A stretch of 64,000 nt of DNA from Candidatus Bathyarchaeum tardum (GTDB lineage: Archaea; Thermoproteota; Bathyarchaeia; Bathyarchaeales; Bathyarchaeaceae). This document shows, piece by piece, positions 30,201 through 39,333 of this stretch (within the stretch, counting starts at the first letter, position 1; each line of letters begins with the position of its first letter). Below the pieces are notes generated by a model. That model saw nothing but the letters and a program-made list of their open reading frames with translations, had not been told where the DNA came from and made no database searches. A program made the position numbers and the translations under genes. The stretch covers positions 1,920,001 to 1,984,000 of the forward strand of contig CP122380.1 of the NCBI GenBank assembly GCA_024650005.2, in the 5' to 3' direction.

Positions 30201-31490
30201 CTAGATAGCTCCACGAACTCGGTTTCCTTTGTGAACTGTTTTTTTCCAAGCATGACTCTTTTTTCCAGAAAGTTTTCCGATACAAATGTCAATGAAGGAT
30301 TTTGTGCAGATTAGAACGTTAAACATGAATGTTATGAACAACAAAGGTATCAACCAGCAGATTCTGTCGCGTCCATCTAAATATGCACCGATTCCAACTT
30401 CAAAAAATGGAGCAAAGTTCCCTACAGAACTATAAAATGAAAGGGGAACCACCATCCATAGTAACTTAAGGTGTTCCAGGGGATAAAAAAAGAATAATAA
30501 TGCACCAAGAATCCATGCTAAAACAGATAACAAGGGCAGAAAATAGATGTTAAGAAGCAAAAAGCCGTCAACTTTTTGGCAAAAACTAAGATTCTTACTT
30601 CTCAGAACCGCCCTCACGTACCTAAATGCGCATTGCATATGACCTGTCGACCACCTAGTGCGCTGTCGCCAGTATGAACTCCATGTTTCAACGGCTTCTT
30701 CGTAACAATCAGCGTAATTTAGATACTTGATTGTAAAACCAGCCAAATAAATCCTAAAAGTTAGGTCGGTGTCCTCAGCCAGCATGTTTGGGTCCCACCC
30801 TCCTAATTGTTCAATTAAGTTTCTTCTGAATCCACCAACAGTTCCACCATATTGAGGAATAAGTTCCAGTTCATTACGAGCAAACTGGTCAACACGGTAG
30901 CCTCCAGTTCGTTCCAGCGTAACAAGTCGGGTAATTATGGTATTGGACTCATTTAGAACAGTTACCCGTCCTTGTACTGCGCCTACTTTAGGGTCTTTGA
31001 AACTTTCAGTTAGTTTTTCGATTACATTTCTTTGAGGATAGTAATCAGCATCAAAACAGTAAATAATTTCTCCAGATACAAACTTTAAGGCGTAATTCAA
31101 AGCTTCAGGTTTTCCTTTCCCGCCTTCCTGTTGGCTTCTTTGTACAAAATGAATGTAATCATAATGTTTGGCAAATCTTTTGGCGTTTTTTGCTGTTTGG
31201 TCCGTAGAGGCGTCATCTATCACGATTACTTCAAATTTTTCTTTAGGATAAGTTAATTCGGTCATTCTTTGAAGAATCCGCTCGATAACATCCTCTTCGT
31301 CTCGGGCAGGAATCAAAACTGAAACCTTAGGCTCATAAACAATATTTGAATACTCCCTTGACGGGAAGGGCTTATTTTTCGGATACAAAGCAACGACAGT
31401 GAACAAATAATGGCGTGCAATGTAAATGCAAATTATTATAACCAGAACCGTAAATACAGCATTTAAAAATTCAATCAAGCTCGTCCCCAA
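30201..31490 (-). CDS. Processive GT2 glycosyltransferase (cellulose synthase/PgaC-like)
   Basis: DDASTD, GKPEALN, FDAD, AEDTD and QRTRW (QxxRW) motifs with flanking TM helices. Confidence 0.9.
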   Translation of the reverse strand: MGTSLIEFLNAVFTVLVIIICIYIARHYLFTVVALYPKNKPFPSREYSNIVYEPKVSVLIPARDEEDVIERILQRMTELTYPKEKFEVIVIDDASTDQTAKNAKRFAKHYDYIHFVQRSQQEGGKGKPEALNYALKFVSGEIIYCFDADYYPQRNVIEKLTESFKDPKVGAVQGRVTVLNESNTIITRLVTLERTGGYRVDQFARNELELIPQYGGTVGGFRRNLIEQLGGWDPNMLAEDTDLTFRIYLAGFTIKYLNYADCYEEAVETWSSYWRQRTRWSTGHMQCAFRYVRAVLRSKNLSFCQKVDGFLLLNIYFLPLLSVLAWILGALLFFFYPLEHLKLLWMVVPLSFYSSVGNFAPFFEVGIGAYLDGRDRICWLIPLLFITFMFNVLICTKSFIDICIGKLSGKKSHAWKKTVHKGNRVRGAI

Positions 31491-31909
31491 TTTGCAACTT
31501 TTTGTTTGTTTTTTGCCAAAATTGACAAACTAATTGACCACAAAGACACCATCCACATAAAATTGGCAAGGGGTGAAAAAACTAGAAAAACCAATTTGAA
31601 GTTACCAGCGGTAAAACAGAAAAACATGCTTTCGAAAGAAAGAATAACAAAATGCCATACTATGCCTACAATATTTCCTGCAACCAGCAATATTATTTTG
31701 TGGCTAAGGATTCCTTCTAAGGGAAACAAAAGAAAAACAAACAGAAAATTGAAAAAACATATGGAAACCAAAGCCACACTATCAAGCATTTGGATAAACT
31801 GAAAACTAGTAAACAACGTAGCAACAGCAACCACAGAACCAATCAATACATGAATCAAGTTCGGTCCATGTTGTTGATGACCAATACTAACACCAGAATT
31901 ATTTCCCAA
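31475..31909 (-). CDS. Hypothetical 4-TM membrane protein overlapping the GT2 start
   Basis: Hydrophobic 144-aa ORF whose 3' end overlaps the GT2 start. Confidence 0.7.
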   Translation of the reverse strand: MGNNSGVSIGHQQHGPNLIHVLIGSVVAVATLFTSFQFIQMLDSVALVSICFFNFLFVFLLFPLEGILSHKIILLVAGNIVGIVWHFVILSFESMFFCFTAGNFKLVFLVFSPLANFMWMVSLWSISLSILAKNKQKVANWGRA

Positions 31910-32027
31910 GATAGAGACCTCTTGCAGATTTTCTGGATAATTACAATATATATTTTGTTGAACAAAAATACAGTATCAAATGATAAAAAAGTGCACATCA
32001 AAAAATAATTATCGGACCAAATTAAGC

Positions 32028-32150
32028 TCAAAGCTTATAACCAATTTTCCTAAGAAACTCTCTTCGTTCACCAACATCGTCTTTAGTTTCGATGCCTTTG
32101 CTTTTGAAACCATCAACTACTCCTAAGATTCCTCTGCCGTGTTATGTTCC
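32028..32150 (-). pseudogene. Displaced, diverged copy of the last 41 codons of the DUF355 gene
   Basis: Encodes [36 protein letters not shown]. Aligns without gaps to 34602-34724 with 31 mismatches in 123 bp by hand count, mostly at third codon positions. Confidence 0.9.
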
Positions 32151-32548
32151 AATACCTAAATCCAACAGACTAATTGCGGCAGATATATTATAAAGTTGTT
32201 AATTTTTTAATTATTTTTTTGGTTCTTCTAATATACAAAGCACCTTTGCGTAGTTTAAAAATTAATGTGCATTTTTTAGATTTATTTAAACTTTAATGAC
32301 TCATTTAGTCAAAATTCCTCAAAATTATTTGTTTTGATGCTATTGTTTTTGTAAGAAATTGTTACAAATCGCACTAAATATGAATTTTTAATAATAAATA
32401 CGTAATTATTTACATATTGATGTTTTGATGACTTATATGTAAATTTTATTTTAAATTAATCTTATTTTCATCAAAGAATTTATTAATAAGTTATTGACTT
32501 AATTATCGGTTAGAGAGAATTTAATGAATAAAAAAAATATTTTTACCT

Positions 32549-32661
32549 CTTTGGTATTTGTCCTAAGTTTGCTTGTATTCTCAACAGTTTTGAGTCTAGT
32601 GTTGGAGTAAAAGTTTGGATTGACTTTGGTATTTGTCCTAAGTTTGCTTGTATTCTCAACA
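32549..32661. repeat. Perfect 38-bp direct repeat flanking a unique 37-bp spacer
   Basis: ctttggtatttgtcctaagtttgcttgtattctcaaca at 32549-32586 and 32624-32661; spacer gttttgagtctagtgttggagtaaaagtttggattga. Confidence 0.95.
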
Positions 32662-33477
32662 CCACTTGTCCACATAAATGCAGTCTATGGCATTAATTCG
32701 CACGTAATTTGGGTACCTAACAATGAAACTGGATACGAACCAGATTATGAAGAAAGTTACTCTTGTGACGTTTGTGACGTAATTCATTACAGCATCGTTA
32801 ACTATGGTAATTTTGATGGTTATGGAATCTTTTATAACCAAACAGTAACGCAACCATTCTATTTGTATGTCACAGGTTTTTGTGAATCAACTTATGACTA
32901 TTGCGCTGTTTTCTCTAAAGGACACGACACCCCATGGGGCGACTGTGGAGAACACTATGAACTTAAAGCCCATAATGGTGCTGGAATTACAGATGCAGAC
33001 ATCTCTGATGAAACCGGAACTGATTACGACTTTGTTTTTCTTTGGCATTGTGGCACAGCACATGAATACCCATCGTCCGTGTGTTATCTAGGTGGCTGTT
33101 CAGGTTATGGTGAATACAAAGGTCATTGCTACGCGTGGACTCATGACAACTCTTTAGCTACTGATGGTTATAGTGAAACTACTGATACTGGTGCTGAAGT
33201 CTTTTTAGGTTTCATAAATGCTTCAGACAATTTCAAAAATCCAACAAATTATGATGGAAACGATTACGGTTGCTTTGCAGCGACATTTTATTACTATTTG
33301 CTAAATTATGACTATAGTGTAAAGACTGCTCTCAATTCTGCATCTGTCGCTACCCTTGGCTGTTTGTTTAGTAATAGCACATTATATAATGGGAAAAATG
33401 TGACAGTACCACCATTTCCAGACCCTTTTTGGAGTCGTTTGGCAATATACGGTAATGGAGATTTATCATTACCTTAG
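32620..33477 (+). CDS. Secreted Cys/Tyr-rich protein, putative caspase/hemoglobinase-fold (gingipain-like) peptidase; original ATG at 32524 is cut off by the 75-bp insertion
   Basis: AVFSKGH (His) and FVFLWHC (Cys) strand motifs, VFLGF, FYYYL...SVKTALNSAS and terminal IYGNGDLSLP. Confidence 0.55.
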   Translation: MTLVFVLSLLVFSTPLVHINAVYGINSHVIWVPNNETGYEPDYEESYSCDVCDVIHYSIVNYGNFDGYGIFYNQTVTQPFYLYVTGFCESTYDYCAVFSKGHDTPWGDCGEHYELKAHNGAGITDADISDETGTDYDFVFLWHCGTAHEYPSSVCYLGGCSGYGEYKGHCYAWTHDNSLATDGYSETTDTGAEVFLGFINASDNFKNPTNYDGNDYGCFAATFYYYLLNYDYSVKTALNSASVATLGCLFSNSTLYNGKNVTVPPFPDPFWSRLAIYGNGDLSLP

Positions 33478-33479
33478 AG

Positions 33480-34571
33480 GTGACGATGATGAACCAAAAA
33501 ATTCAAAGAATGTTCGTAGCTATCTTAGTTTTAATGTTTTCAGTTTCCTTGCCTCAACTGCCGGCATATTCTACAGAAGCAACTGCAAACGAAAAAGCAA
33601 TGGCTTTTCTATCTGAAGTGTCCATGATTGACCAAACCAAACAAAACGTGACATTACACTCATACGGTGTTAATCCTTTTGAGTCTGCTAAAGAAGACAT
33701 AAGTTACACTATTGAATCTAGTGAAAATAAATGGGATGCACTGCTACAATTGAAAAATGGAGCTATAAGTGCATATTCTCTTCGCATAGGTGAGGGAAGT
33801 GAACTACTTTATACTCAGTTGCAGTCCGCTGAAGTTTTGGATGATGCCAAAAATTTTCTCCAACGCTACTATAATTTCAAGAAAAATACTGAATTAACGA
33901 TGGATGTTGATCTGGAAAAAATGGTGAATATAATTGATACTGTAAATGAATTAACAACAACTACAAAAACAGTAGACAATTTGCGATTTCAATTAATCTG
34001 TGAAGAAAAGTATACAAATTTCAATTGGATAACCACAATTAATGGCGCAGATTACTCAACAGTAAGCCTTTCTTTTGAAGAATCTTGTTTTTCGTTCATG
34101 GATAATCGAAACAGGTATGCGATTGGGAACACTGATGTAAATCTAACAACAGATGAGGCAGTGAACATTGCACTAAAAGCTGTTGAAAATTATTCCTACA
34201 CTGTAAATGGAACTAAAATTAGTGGATTCAAAATAGCAGAAAATCATATAACAGCAAAATTGTTGACGCGACCAAAAGACTCTATGTTACAGCCTTATTG
34301 GGCTGTTGAACTGGGCCTAGAAGAGCTTTATCCAGGAAATATTTATGCCATTCGTGTTAATCTATGGGCAGGCACACCAGAAATTATTGAATGCTTTGGG
34401 CTAGGATTTAGTGGAGACCTTATGCCTAAAAACTCAACTACTGACACAACTAACTTAGAACTAGAAAACACTACAACTCTAACAATTGATAACATACTAA
34501 TTGGCACAGCAATTGTAGGGCTTCTCGCTATCGTGATTATAGTAATGATCATCAAGAAAAGGCGCAAATAG
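33480..34571 (+). CDS. Secreted, membrane-anchored protein with a PepSY-like C-terminal region
   Basis: Signal peptide, NLTTDEAVNIALKAV...PYWAVEL...VNLWAGTPEII, Thr-rich linker, TM helix and KKRRK tail. Confidence 0.65.
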   Translation: MTMMNQKIQRMFVAILVLMFSVSLPQLPAYSTEATANEKAMAFLSEVSMIDQTKQNVTLHSYGVNPFESAKEDISYTIESSENKWDALLQLKNGAISAYSLRIGEGSELLYTQLQSAEVLDDAKNFLQRYYNFKKNTELTMDVDLEKMVNIIDTVNELTTTTKTVDNLRFQLICEEKYTNFNWITTINGADYSTVSLSFEESCFSFMDNRNRYAIGNTDVNLTTDEAVNIALKAVENYSYTVNGTKISGFKIAENHITAKLLTRPKDSMLQPYWAVELGLEELYPGNIYAIRVNLWAGTPEIIECFGLGFSGDLMPKNSTTDTTNLELENTTTLTIDNILIGTAIVGLLAIVIIVMIIKKRRK

Positions 34572-34601
34572 CCCTTTTTTTCTTTTTTTTAAAAAAAATA
34601 G

Positions 34602-35084
34602 TTATAGTTTGTATCCAATTTTTCTTAGGAACTTTTTTCGTTCTGTGGCGTCTTTTTCTGCTTCGATTCCTTTGCTTTTGAAGCCGTCAATAACTCCAAG
34701 GATTCCTCTGCCCTGTTCTGTTTCTACAACTATAACTTCTAGAGGGTTAGCAGTTGCTGCATGCACATTACATACCTCGGGCACTTGTTTGATTTTGTCT
34801 AAAACATTAATAGGATAAGCATCTTTTAGAAAAACAATAAAGGAATGACCGCAACTTAATTTCAAAGCGTGTTCAGAAGCAGTCGTTTTCAGTTCTTCAT
34901 TGTTTCCTTCAACTCTCACCAAGCAGGGTCCAGAGGCTTCACAAAATGCTACACCAAATTTTACCGTGGGAACTGCATTAACTACGGCTTCATAGATGTC
35001 TTCGACTGTTTTTATGAAATGAGCAGAACCCAAAATCACGTTACAGTTGTCAGGAACCTCAACCTTAACTGTTTCAAGATTCAT
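34602..35084 (-). CDS. DUF355 / adenosine-specific kinase family protein
   Basis: [47 protein letters not shown] and FLRKIGYKL motifs. Confidence 0.92.
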   Translation of the reverse strand: MNLETVKVEVPDNCNVILGSAHFIKTVEDIYEAVVNAVPTVKFGVAFCEASGPCLVRVEGNNEELKTTASEHALKLSCGHSFIVFLKDAYPINVLDKIKQVPEVCNVHAATANPLEVIVVETEQGRGILGVIDGFKSKGIEAEKDATERKKFLRKIGYKL

Positions 35085-35151
35085 CCAAACTCGCCCCTAG
35101 GTATCTTTTGATACTTTTCCTTAATAAATTTCAAGCCACAAAAAAGAAAGA

Positions 35152-36696
35152 TTATTCCCATTCTATGGTTGAAGGGGGCTTATGGGTTATGTCATATACT
35201 ACTCGATTTATTTTGGGCATCTCGTTAGTTATACGGGTTGAAATTCGTTCAAGTATATCGTAAGAAATTCTGGCAAAACCTGCAGTCATGGCTTCTTTGC
35301 TGTCAACAATTCGTACCGCAATGGTGTAACCGTAGGCACGAGAATCACCTTTCACACCAGTGCTTTTTGTCTGAGTCAACACAGCAAAATATTGCCACAA
35401 ACTAGTTCCAAGACCAGCTTCTTCAATTTCATCAGTAACAATTTTGTCTGCTTTGCGTACTAAATCTACTTTTTCTTCAGTTAATTCACCAATAACTCTG
35501 ACTGCCAATCCTGGACCAGGAAAGGGCTGCCTATGAACTAACTCGTCAGGTAAACCCATGATTTTTGCAACTTCACGAACTTCATCCTTGTAAAGATCAC
35601 GTAGAGGCTCAATTATTAATTTGAATTCGATATCTTCGGGTAAACCTCCAACATTGTGATGAGTTTTTATCGTATCGGAGTGTTTTCTAAAACCAGACTC
35701 GATTCGATCAGGGTAAATAGTTCCCTGAATGAGATAATCAGCCGCAATTTTTTTTGCAGCTTCTTCGAAAACCCTGATAAATTCTTCCCCAATGATTTTT
35801 CGTTTCGTTTCAGGGTCAATAACACCAAAAAGGCGTTTCATAAAACGGTCCTGAGCATGAATCGCAATGATATTAACTCCATGCTTTTTGAAGGTAGATT
35901 CAACGTATTCTGTTTCACCTTCGCGCATGAAACCATGATCAACATAAATCGCCAAAAGCCGCTTCCCTATAGCCTTAGCCGCCATAAACGTAGCAACACT
36001 AGAATCGATGCCGCCACTCAACCCAATTATGGCAGTTCCTTCACCAACTGTTTCTCGTATTTCCTGCACTGCATTTTCAATCAAAGATTCAGGTTTCCAG
36101 TTTGGTTCGCATTTGCACACTTCAAAGATGAAGTTTCTAAGCATTTTCATTCCATTTTCAGTATGGACTACTTCAGGGTGCCATTGTAGACCGAAAATTG
36201 GTTTTGTTTTATGATGATAAGCTGCTATTGGGCAACTTTCAGTAAAGGCCAACATCTCGTAATCTTGCGGCAGGTCATATACTGTGTCCCCGTGGCTCAT
36301 CCAAACTTTTTCATGTTTGTTAAGGTCTTTGAGGAGTCCTACTGGTTTGTCGATTGTTACATATGCTATTCCGTATTCTTTTGTTGTTCCGGGTTTGACT
36401 TTTCCGTTGGAGAAAAACGCGATCATTTGATGACCGTAACATAATCCAAGAATAGGGATGTCTAAAGTAAGGAGTTCAGGATCAAATTTTGGTGCATCTT
36501 GTTCGTAAACGCTCCATGGACCGCCAGAAAGTATTAAACCTTTGACGTTCAGGGTTTTGTTTAGTTCTTCGATTTCTTGGGGAGTTATGTCACAAGAAAC
36601 AATTTCTGAGTAAACTTTGAGTTCCCTGATTCTTCGAGCAATAAGATTACAATACTGCCCCCCAAAATCCAGCACCAAAATTGAATCATGCTTCAT
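35152..36696 (-). CDS. guaA: GMP synthase (glutamine-hydrolysing), fused
   Basis: LDFGGQY, GLCYGHQ, QWHPEV, LSGGIDSS, IKTHHNVGGLP, PFPGPGLAVR and KPPSTIEWE motifs. Confidence 0.97.
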   Translation of the reverse strand: MKHDSILVLDFGGQYCNLIARRIRELKVYSEIVSCDITPQEIEELNKTLNVKGLILSGGPWSVYEQDAPKFDPELLTLDIPILGLCYGHQMIAFFSNGKVKPGTTKEYGIAYVTIDKPVGLLKDLNKHEKVWMSHGDTVYDLPQDYEMLAFTESCPIAAYHHKTKPIFGLQWHPEVVHTENGMKMLRNFIFEVCKCEPNWKPESLIENAVQEIRETVGEGTAIIGLSGGIDSSVATFMAAKAIGKRLLAIYVDHGFMREGETEYVESTFKKHGVNIIAIHAQDRFMKRLFGVIDPETKRKIIGEEFIRVFEEAAKKIAADYLIQGTIYPDRIESGFRKHSDTIKTHHNVGGLPEDIEFKLIIEPLRDLYKDEVREVAKIMGLPDELVHRQPFPGPGLAVRVIGELTEEKVDLVRKADKIVTDEIEEAGLGTSLWQYFAVLTQTKSTGVKGDSRAYGYTIAVRIVDSKEAMTAGFARISYDILERISTRITNEMPKINRVVYDITHKPPSTIEWE

Positions 36697-36792
36697 GAAC
36701 GATCCCTTTACCGTGTCCTTTAATCAAATGAGCATCTTTTAAAGTCTTCTTTAAAGCCAAAAAAGAATTGGAAAAATCTGTATTCTCTTTTT

Positions 36793-37773
36793 TTAGATTC
36801 GTGTCATGTCATTGATTGGAACAAAACAGTGTGACGTAAAGGTTACGTCATGCTCTCCTTCTTCAACCATTGCTGCCCCTGGAACAATTCCGCCAACCAT
36901 ACATATTCCGAACCTGTCCATGCCCACGGGTACACCAAGAACGGGTTCGTTGGGTTCTCCTAAAACTATTACTCCGCCCCAGCCTTTCTTTTGTTGTTCT
37001 TCAAGAATCTTTACAGTTTTTTCCCGTGCTTCTGAAGGCGCCTCACGTAAAGTAGCCAGCAGCATTCCTGAACCTGTTTTTAGTATACGTGAAATAGAAG
37101 TCATTTTTCGGTAAACAAAAACTTCCAACGGAGGAATAGTTGTTCCCTCGTAGGAGATTATTTCCACGAACCGGATTGGTTTTTTGTTTACTACTTGAAC
37201 AAGACCCCCATACTTGAAAAATAGGGGAATTCCCGAATGAATCAGTATGCTATCTAAAGTTAAGTTACAAACAGTGAAAAGGGCAAATTTGTCCTTTGGA
37301 ACGGAAATGTCACAGTATTCTTCCCCCTCGTTTAATATTTTGATGTAAGGTGCAGACAACAGATTCATGTTCTGGAGGGCTTTCATTGTATCCACGGCTT
37401 TATGCTGTAGAGTTTTGTCTAATAACGCCACGTTTCCAACAACAGTTCCAGAGTCAGCAACTGGATCGTAATTTGCAGAATAAGCTAAAGACATAAAACG
37501 GGTTGTAGTAAACCCAAGGCGCTGAGTGGCAAGAGATCTACTTAGTTCTTCTAAACCTTGTTGAGTTATTGTTCGTCCTTTGCGTTCATGGCCTAAAACA
37601 AAACCTTTTGCTTCTAACAACTGCAGATGATACCGCACTGTTCTTTCGCTGAGAAGAAAACCGCGTTTCCTTAATTCCCGTTTAAGCAATGTCGAACCCA
37701 CTGGATCTTCAAACTCGCTAAGAATTCGCAATATTTCAATTTCTTTTCGGGTGCTATCGCTGTCTTGTGCCAT
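36793..37773 (-). CDS. NrpR-family regulator (wHTH + one NRD/DUF128 domain)
   Basis: EILRIL....PVGS......RGFLLSERTVRYHL, GRTITQQGLEEL, TVCNLTLDSIL, YEGTTIPP and GEPNEPVLGVPV motifs. Confidence 0.85.
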   Translation of the reverse strand: MAQDSDSTRKEIEILRILSEFEDPVGSTLLKRELRKRGFLLSERTVRYHLQLLEAKGFVLGHERKGRTITQQGLEELSRSLATQRLGFTTTRFMSLAYSANYDPVADSGTVVGNVALLDKTLQHKAVDTMKALQNMNLLSAPYIKILNEGEEYCDISVPKDKFALFTVCNLTLDSILIHSGIPLFFKYGGLVQVVNKKPIRFVEIISYEGTTIPPLEVFVYRKMTSISRILKTGSGMLLATLREAPSEAREKTVKILEEQQKKGWGGVIVLGEPNEPVLGVPVGMDRFGICMVGGIVPGAAMVEEGEHDVTFTSHCFVPINDMTRI

Positions 37774-37948
37774 GAACTTTAACTCCGCTGTACAGTTATT
37801 CAATAAGCATACTATTTTACTTATCAGCTTTTCATTGTTGTTGTATTTACTGATGAAATTGTCCTTATATTCGTTTGAAAAGTTCCTAAAAATTGTTTAG
37901 TTCACTACGGTTTTATGATAAATTTTTGTTTTTGAACCCAAAAACTGG

Positions 37949-37973
37949 ATATGACATACGTCATATTTATATA
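37949..37973 (+). promoter_or_regulatory. tfb promoter: ATATGAC-N4-GTCATAT palindrome abutting the TATA box (TTTATATA)
   Basis: Palindrome at 37949-37966, TATA box starting at 37966, about 50 bp upstream of the tfb start. Confidence 0.6.
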
Positions 37974-38021
37974 CCAGACCGCCTAAGATATAGATGTGAG
38001 CGTTAAAGGGGTGAAATAATA

Positions 38022-38936
38022 TTGACTAAACAGGCAGTCTCACTCAAATGTCCTGAATGTGGCAGTACAAACCTAGTTTTAGACTCCGAAATGGGAGAAT
38101 CTGTCTGTAGCAAGTGTGGATTAGTAGTAGAAGACAGTCTGCAAAGCCAAGAAGCAGAATGGAGAGCATTTACACCACAAGAAAGAGACTCCAGAGCAAG
38201 AGCTGGAACCCCAACAAACTATTCTCATTACGATAAAGGGCTATCAACAGTCATACGCGTAGAAAAAGACGCTTTTGGGCGCCCACTTTCGCCAAAAGTT
38301 AAACAACAAATGTGGCGCCTAAGACGATGGCACACACGATCAAAAGTTCACGCATCACAAAGCAGAAACCTCATGCTAGCCATGAGCGAACTTCAACGCC
38401 TGTCTGATGTTCTCCACATGCCATCTTCAGTTCATGACATGGCAGCAATTGTCTACAGAAAAGCCTTGAATGAAGGATTAGTTCGGGGAAGAAGCATTGG
38501 AGGAATGGTCGCAGGATCATTATACGCTGCAGTAAGGTTCACTAAGGTGCCTAGAACATTAAAAGAAATTTCAGAAGCCAGCCAACGAACTGGAAAAGAA
38601 ATTGCCAGATCATACAGCGTAATCGTTAGAAATCTTGACATGCGAATGCCAATTGACGACCCAACAGATTACATTACAAAAGTAGCAGAAAACGCCAAAG
38701 TTTCCAGCGATGTTGAAGGATTAGCAATAAACCTGATACGAGAAGCAAAACGGAACTATGCAACCACAGGAAAAGATCCATCAGGATTAGCCGCCGCTAT
38801 TCTCTATTTGTCAGCCAAAATGCTTAAAGAAAAAGTAACACAGGCACAGCTTGCTAAAGCAGCAAACGTTACAGAAGTTACTGTTCGAAACAGAAAACGG
38901 GATCTAATGAAGAGTCTTAACTTGACAAAAGCCTAA
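38022..38936 (+). CDS. tfb: Transcription initiation factor IIB
   Basis: CPECG...CSKCG zinc ribbon, EWRAF B-reader, cyclin repeats (GRS, PRTLKEI, GKDP.GLAAA, VTEVTVRNR). Confidence 0.96.
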   Translation: MTKQAVSLKCPECGSTNLVLDSEMGESVCSKCGLVVEDSLQSQEAEWRAFTPQERDSRARAGTPTNYSHYDKGLSTVIRVEKDAFGRPLSPKVKQQMWRLRRWHTRSKVHASQSRNLMLAMSELQRLSDVLHMPSSVHDMAAIVYRKALNEGLVRGRSIGGMVAGSLYAAVRFTKVPRTLKEISEASQRTGKEIARSYSVIVRNLDMRMPIDDPTDYITKVAENAKVSSDVEGLAINLIREAKRNYATTGKDPSGLAAAILYLSAKMLKEKVTQAQLAKAANVTEVTVRNRKRDLMKSLNLTKA

Positions 38937-39224
38937 CTCTAACTGTAAACTGAGTTTAATAACAACAATTGGGCAATTGAGTTTGTTGTGGCAGGGAAAC
39001 ACAACTAAATTGATGAAACTTTTTCCCTACCTTTTTTAGTTTATTTTACTTTTTTATTTTTCATTGAATGTTTTTAGTGTATGCCAGTAACTTTCTTTGG
39101 TTATTAACGATGCGACAACAATCAAGCAGTCAATAACATCCAGGGGTCAATTTCTAACAACAAACGTGTTTGCAGTTTTTAATAATTGCAACTATTGCAG
39201 ATGCGTTGCAATTTACACTTTCAG

Positions 39225-39310
39225 ACAGGATGAATCCCAGATAATTTAATAGTTCAATTGAAAGTTCATTAGCAGACACCATAACAACGCTGCAATAATC
39301 ATATCTTTAG
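39225..39310 (+). pseudogene. Decayed remnant of an MgtE-family (SLC41) divalent cation transporter
   Basis: 39257-39292 reads IESSLADTITTL, preceded by a frameshifted NP-DN, matching the MgtE (D/N)PDN..IPI.SSLAD motif; adjacent to PhoU/TrkA-C genes. Confidence 0.55.
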
Positions 39311-39333
39311 CAGGGTGTATCAAAACAAAAAGA

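Larger units (their letters stand above)
32151..34601. mobile_element. Putative ~2.5 kb insert at the 3' end of the DUF355 gene, with no integrase
   Basis: Flanked by two diverged copies of the same gene 3' end; very AT-rich leader (32151-32520); two secreted-protein genes as cargo. Confidence 0.7.

Noticed and set aside
32549-32661. Bona fide CRISPR array
   Set aside because: There are only two repeats, the repeat is itself signal-peptide coding sequence, and no cas genes are in the window. It is reported as a repeat-spacer-repeat insertion instead.
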